Shown piece after piece: positions 51,881-61,949 of a DNA stretch of 64,000 nucleotides. The DNA lies in the NCBI GenBank assembly GCA_049521775.1, contig JBEKOL010000014.1, forward strand, positions 3,496 to 67,495, given 5' to 3'. Position 1 is the first letter of the stretch; the number at the start of each line of letters is the position of its first letter. The notes below the pieces were generated by a model. That model was not told the DNA's origin, made no database searches, and saw nothing but the letters and a program-made list of their open reading frames with translations. Origin of the DNA: Syntrophales bacterium (GTDB lineage Bacteria > Desulfobacterota > Syntrophia > Syntrophales > UBA2185). The translations under genes were made by a program, and so were the position numbers.

Positions 51881-52268
51881 GATGCGGCCGATTTACGACA
51901 ACAATTTGTTTACGTTGGAATGCAGGATAATGAATCAGATCGTCGATGAGCACAGTGCCGTTATCATGGGCCGGGGTGGATTTCACTCATTGAGAGACCG
52001 GCTGGAAGTGATTCGCATTTTTGTCCATGCCCCAAAGGAGTTCCGAGTCAATCGGATAATGATGGTGTGTAATATAGGAGATATGCGAGAGGCACGGGAT
52101 GAGGTGGGAGAATCAGACCGCCGAAAGGCCAAGTTCATACGGGACATGGTTGGCATCCATTGTACAGACGCACGGAATTACCACCTCTGCATAGACTCAA
52201 GCGCTGTAGATTTTCCTACGAGTGTAGAGATGATCATCCGGATGGTTGAGAAAAAAAGAGTCATCTGA
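51879..52268 (+). pseudogene. C-terminal half of a cytidylate kinase-like protein
   Basis: AVIMGRGG, IFVHAP.EFRV.RI, SD.R.A.F, YHLCIDSS; N-terminal P-loop absent. Confidence 0.65.
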
Positions 52269-52416
52269 AAAAAGTGCAACAGCTTCATATAAGACAATCC
52301 CGGAGTTTCGGATGCAACTAGTTATTATTCATTGCTTAGTCTCTCCGTGTAACATCTAACATGGATATGCAGGGCCATCAAACAAACGTGAAAATACATT
52401 TAGAAAGGGAAAAAAT

Positions 52417-53793
52417 ATGTGCAGGAAATGCGTAGTCTCCTTGTTTACTGCGGGGTTCTTATTGCTTGCCTGTATAAGCCCCGCTGCTCAGGAAACACTC
52501 TCCACGGGGCAGGAAGGGAATAACCCCGGTGCCGATGTCAAGAAAATAGAAGAGGCGACAGTCGTCACGCTCGCGGGAGGACTGCAGACAGTGACCGCCG
52601 AAAGCCATGTCGTCAAGGTTGCCCAACAGGATGAGGCCATCGCCGAAGCGGACTCCCTGGTTGCACGAGCCAGACTCCTTCCCAGCGTTAACGCATCAGG
52701 CTCCTACACATCCCTCGCAAACCAGCCTGCTGACTTGTATCTTGGGCAGGCGATCCCCATCTCTGACCGGTACTATAAATCCTATGGCATAAACATTCAG
52801 CAGATCCTTTTCGACTTCCGGGGCAATCTCTCACGCTACGAAGCAAGCCGCATGCTCTTGGAAGCTCAAAAGTTGAACACTGCCAGTATCAGGAACGCCA
52901 TCTCCCTCGAATTCAGCATCGGGTTTTATGACTTCCTCGAATCGCAGCGTTTGGTGGAGGTAGCGGGCAAAGAGGTCGAAAGTGTTGAATCCCACCTTAA
53001 GAATGCGCAAAACCTATACGGCGCGGGCGTCATTACGAAAAACGACCTGCTTCAGGCCCAGGTCAGGCTGTCCGATGCCCGCCAGAGGCTTCTTTCAGCC
53101 AAGAATATACAATCTATACGTGCCTCACAGCTGAATAAGCTTCTTTTGAGGCCATTATACTGGCAGGTTCACGCCATTGAACAGCAACGGGAGATATCGG
53201 CGCCGGGAAGCCTCGAAATCGATAAGGCTTGGCAGACGGCTCTTGCGGGACGTCCCGAGATCCAGATTGTCGACAGGACACTGCAATCCCTCGACTTCGA
53301 GAGTATATCAAAAAAATCGGAGTTTCTACCAAAGCTATTTGCAAGGGGTTCTTATGATTACATGGAAAATTCCTACTCGGTTCATGACGACAACTGGTCA
53401 TTAATACTCGGTATCGACATTAACCTGTTCGAAGGCGGGAGATCCCTGGCAGATCTTAAAAAGACAAAATATCGAAAATCGCGGCTTGTCGAACAGAGGG
53501 CGAAGCTTGTGGATGAAATCAAGATCGAGGTTCAGAGGTACATTCTTGACCTGCAGGACGCATATGAGCGCATCCAGGTAACACGGGATGCCGAAGGTCA
53601 AGCGCAGGAAAATCTGCGCATCAACAAAGCGCGCTACGATGAGGGTGTGGGCACGGCAACGGAGGTCCTTGATGCCGTTACCCTGCTGACGACGGCAGAG
53701 GCAAATTATGTCCGGTCCGTTTACGATTATAGGAAGGCAGAGGCGGCCACCCATTATGCCGCGGGTGAAGATCTGGTTCAAGTTTACAAATGA
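52417..53793 (+). CDS. TolC-family outer membrane protein (no adjacent partners)
   Basis: Signal peptide, LLPSVN, FLPKLF...NLFEGG, RYDEGVGTATEVLDA. Confidence 0.9.
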   Translation: MCRKCVVSLFTAGFLLLACISPAAQETLSTGQEGNNPGADVKKIEEATVVTLAGGLQTVTAESHVVKVAQQDEAIAEADSLVARARLLPSVNASGSYTSLANQPADLYLGQAIPISDRYYKSYGINIQQILFDFRGNLSRYEASRMLLEAQKLNTASIRNAISLEFSIGFYDFLESQRLVEVAGKEVESVESHLKNAQNLYGAGVITKNDLLQAQVRLSDARQRLLSAKNIQSIRASQLNKLLLRPLYWQVHAIEQQREISAPGSLEIDKAWQTALAGRPEIQIVDRTLQSLDFESISKKSEFLPKLFARGSYDYMENSYSVHDDNWSLILGIDINLFEGGRSLADLKKTKYRKSRLVEQRAKLVDEIKIEVQRYILDLQDAYERIQVTRDAEGQAQENLRINKARYDEGVGTATEVLDAVTLLTTAEANYVRSVYDYRKAEAATHYAAGEDLVQVYK

Positions 53794-54025
53794 TGTTCTT
53801 CTCCAAATCATATGTTAGATGGAATTAATATGCTGAACTCGCTGACGGTATGACTGATCTTATTTTGACGCCCCGAAACGTCACCTACGGCTATACTAAT
53901 TTTCTTGAAAAATATTTACCCGCCTCTGGCGCAACAAAAGCTATTGTCTTCAATACGTTCAATGTTCCATTCAGAAAAAAATTGATGAATTTAACGTCCA
54001 TAATCTGTTCCGGCGTCATAAGAAG

Positions 54026-54294
54026 CTAAGGTTCACCATTTATCTCCTCTTTAATTTCCTTTCCCGCCTTAAAGAAGGGCAACTTCTTTAGTTTGATAAT
54101 TCTGCTGCCTTCCGAATTTCTTCTGTTTTTGTATTGTCTCACAGAGAAATTCCCAAATCCCCTGATTTCAAATCTGCCGCCATTCCTGAGTTCATGCATA
54201 AAACCGTCAAAAATCAGGCTTACGATGGCTGCTGCATTTTCTCTTTGAGTTTTTCTTTGCTGGATAAAGTTGCGATAAGAGAGGACCTATTCAT
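54026..54294 (-). pseudogene. Frameshifted IHF-beta paralog
   Basis: MNRSSLIATLSSKEKLKEK-[fs at A4, 54237-54240]-AAAIVSLIFDGFMHELRNGGRFEIRGFGNFSVRQYKNRRNSEGSRIIKLKKLPFFKAGKEIKEEINGEP*; 269 nt. Confidence 0.85.
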
Positions 54295-54666
54295 CGGGAC
54301 ATCCCTCAAGGTAAAATGAGAAAAACAACAAAGCATTTCTAGAAATGCCCTGGGATCAAACAGCTTAGGTTAGCTCCTCTTGAAACTTCAAGTGACTCTA
54401 TTCATAATCCGTTCGTTGATTTTTATTGCAGAAATGCGTGTAACAGATACATAGAGTACGCCGTAAACGCAATACTGGAAAAATACGGTAATAATACCAG
54501 GTAAAATTAAAATATAATAAAGAAGCGCGGCAACAAATGCATGTGCATACTTCAACTGCCCACTATGACAGGCTGTTTAGACGGCCCGAATTGTTGAAAC
54601 GGGATTGCTATAGTCCACCTATCGTCAAGCCCCGACAGAATTTGTCAGAAGTGTTCTTGGATTGAC

Positions 54667-55755
54667 TTACTTTTTTAGAATAGCCTTCCTAATTGCATCA
54701 CCCATTTCATGGGTTTTGCTTTTCCCCCCCATGTCAGCGGTCTTCACCTTTCCCAGAGTCAGGGTTTTCACCACGGCTTCTTGTATATTCAGGGCTGCCT
54801 GTTCCTCTCCGAAATGATCCAACATCATTCGAATCGATTCAATTGCTGCAATAGGATTGACTATTGCTTTTCCTGCATATTTTGGGGCTGAGCCATGAAT
54901 AGGTTCAAACATGGATGGATAGATCTTTTCTGGATTGATGTTGCCACCGGCCGCAAATCCCATCCCCCCCTGAAGCATGGCTCCGAGGTCAGTAATAATG
55001 TCACCAAAGAGATTAGAGGCCACGATCACGTCGAAGTATTCGGGGTTCTTCACAAACCACATAGTCATAGCGTCGACCAATGCCATATCGGTCTTTATGT
55101 CTGGGTACTCTGTAGCCACCTTCTGATACACTGAGTCCCAGAAGACCATGGAATAGTTGAGTGCGTTAGATTTCGTGCAGTTAGTCACCATTCCAACGGG
55201 CACTTCATCGCCAAACTTCTTCCGCTTTCGGGCGAGTTCAAAGGCATAGCGGATCGCCCTCTCGCACCCTTTCTGTGTAAAAATACCGGTCTGAAGGGCA
55301 GCGGCATCAGGAGTACCCAGCTTGAAAAACCCCCCTGCCGCCGAATATTCTCCTTCCGTATTCTCGCGGATTACAATCATATCAACGGTTTCAGGTGTAG
55401 CAGTTTTCACCGGCGATTCAACCCCGGGATAAAGTTTGATCGGCCGCAGATTTATGTATTGATCGAAGCCTTTTCGAATTGCAAGGAGCAGAGTAAGCGA
55501 TACATGATCAGGAACCTTATTGGCATCACCGATACAGCCTAGAAATATTGCACTAAATTCCTGCAATATGTCGAGGGCATTTGCGGGCATCATAATGCCA
55601 TTCTTCAAGTAATAGTCGCACCCCCAGTCAAAATCTTTCATCTCGACTCTGAATCCGTGCTTGTCCGCAACGGCACGAAGAGTTTTGGCAGCCTCGGATG
55701 CCACCTCAGTTCCAACCCCATCCCCCGGAATAATTGCAACTCGATAGGACGACAT
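54667..55755 (-). CDS. Tartrate/D-malate dehydrogenase-like beta-decarboxylating dehydrogenase
   Basis: IPGDGVG.EV, FDWGCDYY, RENTEGEYS, TKSN, SNLFGDI.TDL, FEPIHGSAP; LeuB-like function not excluded. Confidence 0.8.
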   Translation of the reverse strand: MSSYRVAIIPGDGVGTEVASEAAKTLRAVADKHGFRVEMKDFDWGCDYYLKNGIMMPANALDILQEFSAIFLGCIGDANKVPDHVSLTLLLAIRKGFDQYINLRPIKLYPGVESPVKTATPETVDMIVIRENTEGEYSAAGGFFKLGTPDAAALQTGIFTQKGCERAIRYAFELARKRKKFGDEVPVGMVTNCTKSNALNYSMVFWDSVYQKVATEYPDIKTDMALVDAMTMWFVKNPEYFDVIVASNLFGDIITDLGAMLQGGMGFAAGGNINPEKIYPSMFEPIHGSAPKYAGKAIVNPIAAIESIRMMLDHFGEEQAALNIQEAVVKTLTLGKVKTADMGGKSKTHEMGDAIRKAILKK

Positions 55756-55850
55756 ATGCTTCCCTTTCAATCTGAATAATTATTTCCCTTTTCGGTCATG
55801 TTTAATCATTTTATACAACCGTGAGATTATGTCTAATATCCCCATCGATA

Positions 55851-57269
55851 TCATGCTTTGATATTGAGCAGATACGGTGTGCCAACGGCTAAGAGCACAG
55901 TAAGAAAGATCAGTCCGAAAATGAGTCCCATGATCCAGAAATCTTTGCGATTGACGTAAGCACTCCCGAAATAGACTGGGCCAGGACCGGTGGCGTACGG
56001 AGATATGACACCCATTATCCCCAAGCTGTAACAGAGAAGAAGGGCAAAAACCTTGATAGGAATGCCCGGCACAAGTGCACCTGCGGCCAACATTACAGGC
56101 AGAACTGCCGTTACGTGCGCGGTAATACTCGCAAACATGTAATGAACTACAAAAAATACTACTACGAGGCTGACCATAATGACTATGGGCGACATCCCCG
56201 TCAGGAGTGCTGATGCGCTTTTGGCAAACCAGGTTACAAAGCCTACCTTATTGAGGCCGTCTGCCAGGGCCACTAGTGTGGCAAACCAGACAAGCACATT
56301 CCAGGCGGCTTTGTTGCTCAGGATATCGTCCCACGTAACAATTCCCGTAATCACCATCAAAGATATGACTACTCCTGCGACAGTTGTGGCATCAACGATG
56401 CTTCCTCCGAATATCCACAGAGTCAGGGCGAGAATGGCCAGCAGAGCCATCACCAGTTCCTTGCGGGTGAACTTACCCATCTTGTCCAGCTCCTGAGATG
56501 CCCAGGATTGGACATCTCCGCTCGATTTGATTTCCGGAGGGTAAATCTTGTAAATGAGGTACGGCAGAACAGAAAGGAGAATGACACCAACAGGCAGGAA
56601 TCCGATAAACCACTCAGTCCAGGAAATGCTTATTTTCGCCGTCTTATTAACCAACTCAAGGGCCAGCAGGTTCGGGGCCAAAGAGGTGATGAACATAGAA
56701 CTGGTCACACAAGTAGTTGCAAAGGCAGTCCACATAATATACGCCCCGATTTTGCGGCTCGTCTCACCCGGAGCAGAACCGTAAAGGCCTGGGATGTTGC
56801 GGATGATGGGGAAAATCGTGCCCGCACTCCGGGCGGTGTTCGAGGGGGTGAAGGGGGCGATAATCAGATCAGAAAAGGCTACCGCATACCCTAAACCCAG
56901 GGTCCTTTTGCCTAAGAACTCGACTAGGACCAAGGCAATGCGTTTGCCAAGGCCTGTCTTCTCATAGCCCAGGGCGAACATGAACGCCCCGAATATGAGC
57001 CAGACCGTCGTATTGGAAAAACCGGATAATGCCCACTTGATTGAATCTGCCGGCTTCGGTCCTGCAAGACCGATAACTGCGACCAGAAATACGCCTATAA
57101 ACCCTACGGCCGCAGCCGGAATAGGCTCCAGGATCAGAGCAAGAATAACAGCAGCAAAGATAGCAAAATAATACCAAGCAGTCAGGCTCAGCCCCTGGGG
57201 CACCGGGAGCAATGCGATGATGATTCCCAGGAGCAGCGTCAGGATAGATTTCCCGATGAGCGATTTCAT
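55851..57269 (-). CDS. DASS family di/tricarboxylate antiporter (CitT/TtdT-like)
   Basis: WALSGFSN.TVWLIF, PSNTARSAG, APNLLA, HYMFAS.TAH, PYATGP; GGAGG RBS. Confidence 0.92.
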   Translation of the reverse strand: MKSLIGKSILTLLLGIIIALLPVPQGLSLTAWYYFAIFAAVILALILEPIPAAAVGFIGVFLVAVIGLAGPKPADSIKWALSGFSNTTVWLIFGAFMFALGYEKTGLGKRIALVLVEFLGKRTLGLGYAVAFSDLIIAPFTPSNTARSAGTIFPIIRNIPGLYGSAPGETSRKIGAYIMWTAFATTCVTSSMFITSLAPNLLALELVNKTAKISISWTEWFIGFLPVGVILLSVLPYLIYKIYPPEIKSSGDVQSWASQELDKMGKFTRKELVMALLAILALTLWIFGGSIVDATTVAGVVISLMVITGIVTWDDILSNKAAWNVLVWFATLVALADGLNKVGFVTWFAKSASALLTGMSPIVIMVSLVVVFFVVHYMFASITAHVTAVLPVMLAAGALVPGIPIKVFALLLCYSLGIMGVISPYATGPGPVYFGSAYVNRKDFWIMGLIFGLIFLTVLLAVGTPYLLNIKA

Positions 57270-57428
57270 TTTAGCCTCCTTGTGTTGCTGACTTAAAGTG
57301 ATAAGCAGAATTCAGTGAGCATAAAGCACCACGAGACCTTTCAATGCATTTCTATATTTACGATTACAAGTAATCTTTCGACTGCTGATGATTCTATAAC
57401 AAGAAGAACTGCATTTCAATAGGGTCTT

Positions 57429-57821
57429 TCAGCTTCGTTCAACAAACTCTACAATATTTCCGTCAGGGTCTTTTGCCATGGCGATGTGCACGCCCGGCCG
57501 AATCTCCATTTCCGGCAACGTAAATTCAATACCCTTATCTTTAAGTTCAGAACATACTTGGGAGATGTTCTTTATGACGAAAGTCACGTAGCGATATCCC
57601 AATTGATTTTCCAAGCCAATGGTTCCCCGGGGAGGAACAGTCTTGGGTTCGATCAATTTGAAGTCACTGGAACCGAATCTCAGCCGGTGCATGGTTCCAA
57701 ACCATACCGGGGTGATTCCCGCAAACTCCAATCCCAGGATATTCTGGTAGAAGTTGAGACTGGCCTTGATGTCACTAACTACTATACCGAGATCCAACGA
57801 ATCTTTCGCAGGCATCATCAT
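57429..57821 (-). CDS. VOC/glyoxalase family protein
   Basis: GIVVSDI..SL.FY..ILGL, KDPDGN.VEF. Confidence 0.85.
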   Translation of the reverse strand: MMMPAKDSLDLGIVVSDIKASLNFYQNILGLEFAGITPVWFGTMHRLRFGSSDFKLIEPKTVPPRGTIGLENQLGYRYVTFVIKNISQVCSELKDKGIEFTLPEMEIRPGVHIAMAKDPDGNIVEFVERS

Positions 57822-58000
57822 CTTGTCGGGCTCCTTTCCCACGCGTCCGTGTGCCACAAATACGCGTCAAATATAAAACATGTACCACATTCTAAGTAAT
57901 ACTTCCGCAGTCTTCTTTGCCTAATTTTGATCGAAGTTTATTAAAAAATGGGCGAACAAGAGTTCTAACATCAGGGAACTAAGGAGATAATGCTGTAATT

Positions 58001-58522
58001 TCATTTGCTGTGCTTCTCTGCGCATGGAATGCATATAAGGCCCCCATCCATCTGACAAAGACGAGTCTCCATTACATACTCGCCGCAGATGGCGCATGCC
58101 GTCGGCTTGGCGATCCCGGCGGCTTCGGGCTCGTCGATAACCGCCTCGGCCCATGCTAAGAGATCATCTTCCGGCGCCCCCAGGATGAACCTGGCACGCG
58201 CTGATCGATCGTCACGAAGCTGCTCGGGGATTCCCTTCCCGTGGAAAACAACGCGTACCGCCATTTTTGATCCGCGGGAATAAAGCGTATATACCTGCTT
58301 TCCGTAGTCCCTGAAGATGAGGTTTCCTTTTCCGAATGTGCAGCCGCTCACGCACTGGAGGGCATCCACTCCACAGGCATTATTTTCGACGATTGCGACC
58401 AACTCCTCATCGGATGAGCGGTCAGCATTCAATGCCGTCATGGCAGTGCAGGACATCCGATAGCCTATTGCGAGGCCCGGACATTCATGACCGTGGAAAG
58501 CTACTATGCTTAAATAATCCAC
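58001..58522 (-). CDS. FmdE-family protein with C-terminal zinc finger
   Basis: FHGH.CPGL.IG, C.VDA.Q..SGCT.GKGN, CAIC...CIPC. Confidence 0.9.
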   Translation of the reverse strand: MDYLSIVAFHGHECPGLAIGYRMSCTAMTALNADRSSDEELVAIVENNACGVDALQCVSGCTFGKGNLIFRDYGKQVYTLYSRGSKMAVRVVFHGKGIPEQLRDDRSARARFILGAPEDDLLAWAEAVIDEPEAAGIAKPTACAICGEYVMETRLCQMDGGLICIPCAEKHSK

Positions 58523-58599
58523 GACTCATACCTCTTGAGTCATTATCTGCCAGTTCGGGGCTGCTTTTGAGATAAGAACAATGCAGCTCCACCATAAAC

Positions 58600-58630
58600 A
58601 GGAAAGGGTGGGGAACATCTCCCACCCTCT
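58600..58630 (-). terminator. Hairpin terminator after HU gene
   Basis: Minus strand AGGGTGGGA-GATGT-TCCCCACCCT-TTCC. Confidence 0.6.
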
Positions 58631-58685
58631 CATGTTTCATAAGCTATGACTAAATACTTGCAGTCTCTTTTACCATAATAATAAA

Positions 58686-58955
58686 TCACTTAACAGCATC
58701 TTTCAATGCCTTACCCGCCGTAAACTTGGGTACCTTCTTAGCGGCAATTTTAATCGGTTTGCCGGTTTGAGGATTTCTTCCTGTTCTGGCAGCTCTTTTA
58801 GAAACGGAGAAGGTGCCGAAACCGACGAGAGTGACCTTGCCTCCTTTTTTCAGCCCCTTCTTGATTGCATCAAGGACGGCATTTACTGCATTGACTGCCT
58901 CTGCCTTGCTACAGGTATTTTTTGCAACTACATTGACGAGATCTTCTTTATTCAT
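58686..58955 (-). CDS. hup: HU DNA-binding protein
   Basis: [38 protein letters not shown]. Confidence 0.95.
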   Translation of the reverse strand: MNKEDLVNVVAKNTCSKAEAVNAVNAVLDAIKKGLKKGGKVTLVGFGTFSVSKRAARTGRNPQTGKPIKIAAKKVPKFTAGKALKDAVK

Positions 58956-59291
58956 TCTTCATCCTCCCTTTTTAGTATTATTCTCAACCCGCCGTAAGTG
59001 CCAACATCGATCATTCAGGATCGATAAGACCTTTTATGGATGTATATATATAAATTTTGAACGCCAAAAAAGCAACATTAAATCGCATCTATCCTAATAT
59101 TTTTTTTGAAACGCATGCAACCCCTGGGGCATTCCATACCGCAGCCATGGCAGAGTATCCGTCATCCTGTCCCGCCAGCACCTTTTACTTTTCGCATTTA
59201 TCGCGGCAAACGGCATAGACTTTGCCGCATGCATTCCGGGATCGCCCTAGGCAGTATAGAACTTAAATATGCTTTCATTTACGCTGACGTG

Positions 59292-59846
59292 CTATTTTTT
59301 CAGCTTGGTGATTTTCGAACCTTCTATGGTTGCGCCGGCCATGAGCCCTTTCTGGCCGAACACAAACCCGATAATGGGTTGATTGATTTTGGTTGTATCG
59401 ACAGAGCCCTCGGCGCCTGCATTGACCAGCGTCACAGTGCCATCGACGCCGGCTTGCCAGTTGTCGCTGCTGTAGAATTTCTTTAGGGCTGCCGCATCTA
59501 TGAATACGAGAATAATGTCTTTTCTCTGGGCCCCTATCTGAAGGCCGAAAGAACCTGCCACGATGTTATAGTAATCGACGGTTTTTCCGTCGATTCTCAG
59601 GGCGCCTTCGCCATACTCACCGCCGACGATAAAACCGGCCTGAACGACGTTTGCAATGACAAGAACACCCTTGGCGGCTTTAAGATACTCCTGGGCCCCG
59701 TTCACCTCCCTCCCAAAGCGGTCGAGTGCCACATCAACACTTACATCGATTTCCTTGGCTGTGGCAGCGAAAGACGTATGGACCGGAAGCATTCCGATGA
59801 CTAATAACATAGCAAACATTATATTGGTGTTCGTCCTTACCTTCAT
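59292..59846 (-). CDS. Ysc84/SYLF lipid-binding domain exported protein
   Basis: Signal peptide, AKGVLV, GGEYGEG, S.GLQIGAQ, GLMAG..IEGSKI; GGAGG RBS. Confidence 0.85.
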   Translation of the reverse strand: MKVRTNTNIMFAMLLVIGMLPVHTSFAATAKEIDVSVDVALDRFGREVNGAQEYLKAAKGVLVIANVVQAGFIVGGEYGEGALRIDGKTVDYYNIVAGSFGLQIGAQRKDIILVFIDAAALKKFYSSDNWQAGVDGTVTLVNAGAEGSVDTTKINQPIIGFVFGQKGLMAGATIEGSKITKLKK

Positions 59847-60206
59847 TATAGTTCCTCCTGTCTTTTTATAAATTAACAAAGTGGAAATGTACATGCTTTT
59901 TATACTGGATAAATCATATTCCTCTTATGGCCATTGTGCAATTCATGAAAAGAATGATTTACGTGTGCGTAATGCCGTATTATCCGCTCAGGGAAAAGAT
60001 ACCCAAAGACGATCACGCATACACGAAGCTCAGACGACTCTTCATGGACAGCAGAATATCGATCTCCTTCAGAAAAAACTCTTTAATGCGAAATGATTGA
60101 ACTGCCATGTGGAGTGCTGCAGCGGAATTTTAGCTTGAAATTTAGTGCATATGATGGCAGTAGATCAGAAATATATTAAGTTCGCTCCTGTATCAGGACC
60201 CGATAC

Positions 60207-61430
60207 ATGAAGCATCTCGCAATCAACAACGAAAAGAAAATTATCCTATTCACCTTCACTGCGCACTTCCTGTTTCATTTTCACGAACTGGCTTTCCCAG
60301 CGCTCGCAATGCCTCTCGTCCTTTCATTAAACATGAATCTCGAAGAAGTTTTGATGCTCGGCTTTCCCATGTATCTTGGCTTTGGCCTCTTCTCCCTGCC
60401 CTGGGGCCTTTTTGCCGACCGTTTCGGCAACCGAATTGCTCTCATCATATGTTTCTTCGGAACAGCCATTGGGGCAATCATGACGGTTTTTGCAAGTTCT
60501 CCTCTGCAAATCATGCTGTTTTTGGCTGTGATCGGCATCTTCGCCGGCATTTGTCACCCCGCAGGCATGGGTTTCATCTCCCTGGGCGTGAAGAATCGCG
60601 GGATGGCCTTGGGTATCAATGCAACTGCCGGAAGTATTGGCCTCACGGCCGCACCTTTTCTTGCGGGCTTACTCAACTGGATAGCGGGCTGGAAAACCGT
60701 GTACCTCGCTGCTGCTGCATTTGCAATCTTCTGGGGTATTGCGATGATGTTTGTCAAGATCGACGAAACCCCACTCGTCCATGTGCACGAAACGAACCCG
60801 ACTTTCAAGAAAGGCAATGGGGCTTACCTACCCTCTATCATCCTTTTTTTCGCGATCGTGACCATGGGAGGCCTCGCCTATCGCATCAATATCGTGGTTC
60901 TGCCCGCCTACCTCGAGTGGAAGGCATCTTTCCTTTCCGACCTGCTTCATTTCCAGGCGCCAGCGGCAATCACGATGGCTGCCGGTATACTGACGTCCGT
61001 TATCTATATAGTCGGGATTGGCGGTCAATTGTTCGGCGGAAAAATGGCAGACCGCTTTGAACTGCGCTGGTTGTATCTTGTATTCAACATCATCAGCCTG
61101 CCCTTCGTGATCATGATGGCATATGGGACTGAGGAGTTCCTTTTCGTTGCCTCAGCTGTCTATGTCTTTTTTGCGTTAGGCATCCAACCCATCGAAAACA
61201 GCCTCATCGCCAAATTTACGCCCCAGCGGTGGCGTAGCACCGGCTATGGTTTAGCGTCTATCTTAATTTTCGGAGTCGGCTCCCTTTCGATCTATCTTGT
61301 CGGCTGGGTGAAGGATACATGGCATCTCGGTTTCGTCTATATCTTCTCCGGTATCATGATCATCATGATTGTTGCGGGAATTTTGCTCCTAATGCGGATC
61401 ACGCAGGATGCCTCCTTTAAGAACTTTTGA
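60207..61430 (+). CDS. MFS transporter
   Basis: About 12 TMs, GLFADRFG.R, HPAG, GGKMADRF. Confidence 0.88.
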   Translation: MKHLAINNEKKIILFTFTAHFLFHFHELAFPALAMPLVLSLNMNLEEVLMLGFPMYLGFGLFSLPWGLFADRFGNRIALIICFFGTAIGAIMTVFASSPLQIMLFLAVIGIFAGICHPAGMGFISLGVKNRGMALGINATAGSIGLTAAPFLAGLLNWIAGWKTVYLAAAAFAIFWGIAMMFVKIDETPLVHVHETNPTFKKGNGAYLPSIILFFAIVTMGGLAYRINIVVLPAYLEWKASFLSDLLHFQAPAAITMAAGILTSVIYIVGIGGQLFGGKMADRFELRWLYLVFNIISLPFVIMMAYGTEEFLFVASAVYVFFALGIQPIENSLIAKFTPQRWRSTGYGLASILIFGVGSLSIYLVGWVKDTWHLGFVYIFSGIMIIMIVAGILLLMRITQDASFKNF

Positions 61431-61549
61431 CTATCGGATAGCGCATTCCAGAATATCCTGCCAATTATAGAATTACCTTCTTGATGCAATTTTGATATTT
61501 CTGTGTTAGCCTTTTATCCGGAATTGCAGTCAGAAAGAGACCTGAATGA

Positions 61550-61898
61550 TAGTGATTATCAGCAGATCATAAAGTGCGTCATCATCGTGATAGTCGCTGG
61601 TTTCCTGGGACAGTTCGTAAAATCGTTTGCCACGCATTTGATTGAGAGAACAAGAGAAAAGAAAGCTCATGCCACTTCTGAAAAATTGGAGGAAGTCGTC
61701 AGCCCGCCGACAGAGCCAGCCCCGCAGGCACCTATATTTGAAACCGCCAAGGCGGAGAAAAAGAGAAGGATTGAGTTTTCTGAATGCCCGCTTTCCCGGT
61801 TTGCTCTTCCACACAAGGGGTTCACTACAATCTTAGACAAAAGCCGGGAACTCCGGTTCAAGATATTGATCGGGCACTGTAGAGAGATTTTTTTATGA
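61550..61898 (+). other. Possible small single-TM hypothetical gene or remnant
   Basis: QIIKCVIIVIVAGFLGQFVKSFATHLIER followed by a charged tail; no convincing start. Confidence 0.3.
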
Positions 61899-61949
61899 TC
61901 ATAACAATCATCCCAACTGGACAGCGCCAGGTAAATGCAGGAGGCCGCA

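Noticed and set aside
58001..58522. FmdE as evidence of formylmethanofuran/C1 metabolism
   Set aside because: Stand-alone FmdE-family genes are widespread and no other fmd/fwd subunits are present
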